Shown here one piece after another: positions 61,370 through 64,000 of a stretch of DNA of 64,000 nt. Below the pieces are notes generated by a model. That model was not told where the DNA came from. It worked only from the letters and a program-made list of their open reading frames with translations, and did no database searches. Numbering within the stretch: the stretch's first letter is position 1; each line of letters opens with the position of its first letter. Origin of the DNA: Adineta vaga (Eukaryota > Animalia > Rotifera); assembly GCA_021613535.1 (NCBI GenBank), contig CP075496.1, forward strand, positions 558,001 to 622,000, in the 5' to 3' direction. Made by a program: the position numbers and the translations under genes.

Positions 61370-64000
61370 TATAAAGAATGTCCAGGCCTGCGAGGGAGGG
61401 ATTTATTAAATATTCATTTAGATTTTGCCATGGTTTTCACTATCTGGCAGTCCAAAGACAGGCATCATGTACTAACGAAATCATCCCAAAAGATTCCTCT
61501 ATCTTGAATCGAAAAAGAAATTTTTTATTTCCAAAGATACTATATATTCGATCCTTACTTTCAGTGCAAGAATTAGAACCATTTCGGTTCATATAGTGCC
61601 AGAAAAATGAAATTTCAACAATATATTTCATTAAAACAACTCTTGTTTCAAGTGACATCTTTGTTCAACAATGTTCATGTTTCAAGAGTATTGGTGTATT
61701 GTCTTGCTAACAATAACCATTGGTCATACTACATGCATTTTTTCTCCTTTCGTGAAGATGACCGCAATGAACAGAATAGAAAAAAAAGATTACTTTTTTA
61801 CTTTAGATGTATTTTATTTCTTCTCATTTGATACAGTAAAAATATATAAGAGCACATAGCATCAGTTTTTGCAACAATACGACGGAAAGATATAGTATAG
61901 TATTTGTATTTGTATTTGGATGTTTTCTATTTCTGTATTTCATAATGATTGACCAATACTATATGATAACTATATTATAGATGGGAAAAGTATATATTTC
62001 GAAACGATTACAAAATCAACGGCTTCGGTTGGAGCGTTTGAAAAGCACAAATTTGAAAAATACCATCGTAGAAACATTATGTGAAGACGTACCCATAATA
62101 AACTCACGTCCAATAACAACCACAGCAAAAAAACTGCAGTTAGCTCGTGCTCAACTTCGTTCTGAATCGAATTCATCAAAACAATCCATCATTAAAGACG
62201 AATTTGGAGTACATGATATTTCATATGATAATGTTAATATTGTTGTTAGTATTGAGATGATACTTAATTTGGTAAATAAAATGAGTTGTCCTTTATGTAA
62301 TTGTATTGGTGAGATGTCTCAAAAAGTTACACAACGTCGTGGTCTTGTCTATCATATTACATTTTCATGTACTTGTTCGTTCGAAACATCATTTACAAAT
62401 TCAACACAATTGGTTCGTTCAACTCCCACACGTATGGATGAACTGAACATGATGGCATGTGCGGCTGCTAATGTTGCTGGAATTAAACGAACAGGCTTGA
62501 CTACAATTTTAGGCATGTTGAATATTTTACCACCAATTCAGATTGAAAACTGGAATAAATATCAAAAAGTGTATTCAAATGCTTTGGATGTGGTGAAAGA
62601 TGAGTCTCTCGCAAGAGCCGGTAAAATTGAATAGTTTTTTAAATTTATTTCTTCTATACTATTTTTTTCATATACTTATATTTGTAGCTGAAGAAGCAGC
62701 AGAACAATCATCGGAACCTGCTGATCACGAGGGAATTACAAATATTAAAGTATCAATTGATGGTACATGGCTAACTCGGCATGGTCATTCTAGTTTACAT
62801 GGAATTTCAACTGTTTGTTCAACAGCAGATCCTTCAAAAGTCTTAGATTTCGAATGTCTAAGTCGACACTGTACTACTTGTTCGGGCTTATTAGGAATTA
62901 AAGAACACAGTCCTGAACTGTATCAACAACGTTTAGCAGAACATCTCAAGAATGGTTGTGAGCAAAATCATTTAGGTTCATCAGGTGGAATGGAAGCTGC
63001 AGGTTAGAAGACGTTATTTCAAAAGAGTTTAATTAATAGGTTTGGAGCTTTTTAGGTGTTGTTAAAATATTTTGTCGATCAGAAGCTAAACATCTATTAC
63101 GATATACTACATTTATTGCTGATGGTGATGCTAACAATGAACGTGCGCTTCTTGATGCTGCACCATACAGCGAAATTCCTATTCAACGTCTTCAATGTAT
63201 AAATCATTTTTCCAAACGGTAATATTGTTATCTCTGTAATAATAGTACTTCAACTTTTTATATTTTATACAGAATGCGTACTGCTTTGGAAGCAGTCAAA
63301 AAAGATTATAGCAATAGAAAATTAGAAGATGGTTTAGCAATTGGAGGTCGAAATGGACGATTGACTGATGATAAAATCCATCAATTAACTGTTTACTATG
63401 GTTCAGCTATTCGATCTCATGTCAATGATTTGGAATCAATGAAAGCTGCTTGTTGGGGTATGTATTATTGATATATTAATATCTGTAATAAATATTTCTA
63501 TATTTTAGCTGCTTTTCATCATCATAATACTACACGTGAAAATCGTAGTCATGATTGTGGTGATCCAACAAAGTGTTATTTCTGCAAAAATAAATCATTT
63601 GATCCTAAAAAACGTACTTTAGCACCTGCAGTCTTGAATGTGATTCGTCCTGTGTATGAAAAGATGTGTTCAACTGAAGTCTTGTCAAAAGTGGTCGATG
63701 GAGGAACTACAAATCCAAATGAATCTTTTCACAGTTATATTTGGTCTCTATGTCCTAAAACAAGATTTCATTCAGCTCATCAGGTACGTGATGCTGCTTC
63801 ACTTGCTACTATGCTTTATAATGATGGTCATCAACTATCAATCATGAATCTACTTCGTCAATGTGGTATTCAAAGTGCGATTCCTGCATGTATTCGAATG
63901 CTACAATTAACTGATGATCAACGAATAAAAGAAAATAGATCGAAAACTAAAGGAAATAAACAAAAACAACGACATCAACGATTAATAACTGAACAACGTC
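61370..64000 (+). mobile_element. Autonomous DNA transposon carrying the transposase; left boundary approximate
   Basis: Homology to the reductase gene stops at ~61335, followed by a GC-richer motif (aaagaatgtccaggcctgcgagggaggg) about 600 bp before the transposase ATG. The right end is outside the window, so TIR and TSD are unverified. Confidence 0.55.
61981..64000 (+). CDS. DDE transposase of the animal 'Mutator-like' (Kolobok-related) type; 4 introns, open frame running off the window
   Basis: Introns 62621-62687, 63003-63055, 63219-63272 and 63459-63508. Motifs CPLC..CTC, VSIDGTW..GHSS.HG, NHLGSSGGME, FIADGDA, QCINHFSKR, YYGSAIR, TTNPNESFHSYIWSLCPK (D-D-E triad intact). Confidence 0.88.

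Noticed and set aside
1-64000. Prokaryotic interpretation (operons, CRISPR arrays, rRNA/tRNA genes)
   Set aside because: Spliceosomal introns restore the frames throughout. I saw no repeat-spacer array or structured RNA gene.

Overview
This is eukaryotic animal DNA: very AT-rich, with many 48-71 nt GT-AG introns and the standard genetic code. The gene mix strongly suggests a bdelloid rotifer (inference, not proof). It includes NHL-repeat proteins, a divergent intronless rhodopsin-like GPCR, F-box/LRR-type remnants and many bacterial/fungal-looking enzymes. After splicing by hand, about 16 intact genes are visible: NifS/SCLY-like PLP lyase, zinc-ribbon protein, equilibrative nucleoside transporter, DnaJA, methylesterase-type alpha/beta hydrolase, acyltransferase-3, MAPEG, secreted DUF1996 + beta-trefoil, GPCR, secreted CBM14 + NHL, a 3062-aa intronless DUF3638/DUF3645 P-loop protein, two duplicated 5-TM proteins, a secreted Cys-rich repeat protein, a serine-racemase-family enzyme and a fungal-type NRPS-like A-T-R reductase. 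They sit among pseudogenes (PqaA/AprA-like, a second reductase copy, F-box-like, a large TM family), an RTE-type LINE remnant, MITEs with 2-bp target duplications, and an intact intron-containing DDE transposase running off the right edge. Top observations: (i) a foldback MITE inside an exon that can be spliced out in frame using a host GTAAGA donor and its own TTTTTTTCAG terminus, a candidate transposon-made intron; (ii) a candidate animal mini biosynthetic cluster (NRPS-like reductase + divergent racemase + decayed PqaA hydrolase); (iii) a candidate horizontally acquired chemical/antifungal defence island. All family assignments are from motif recognition only; no searches were run.
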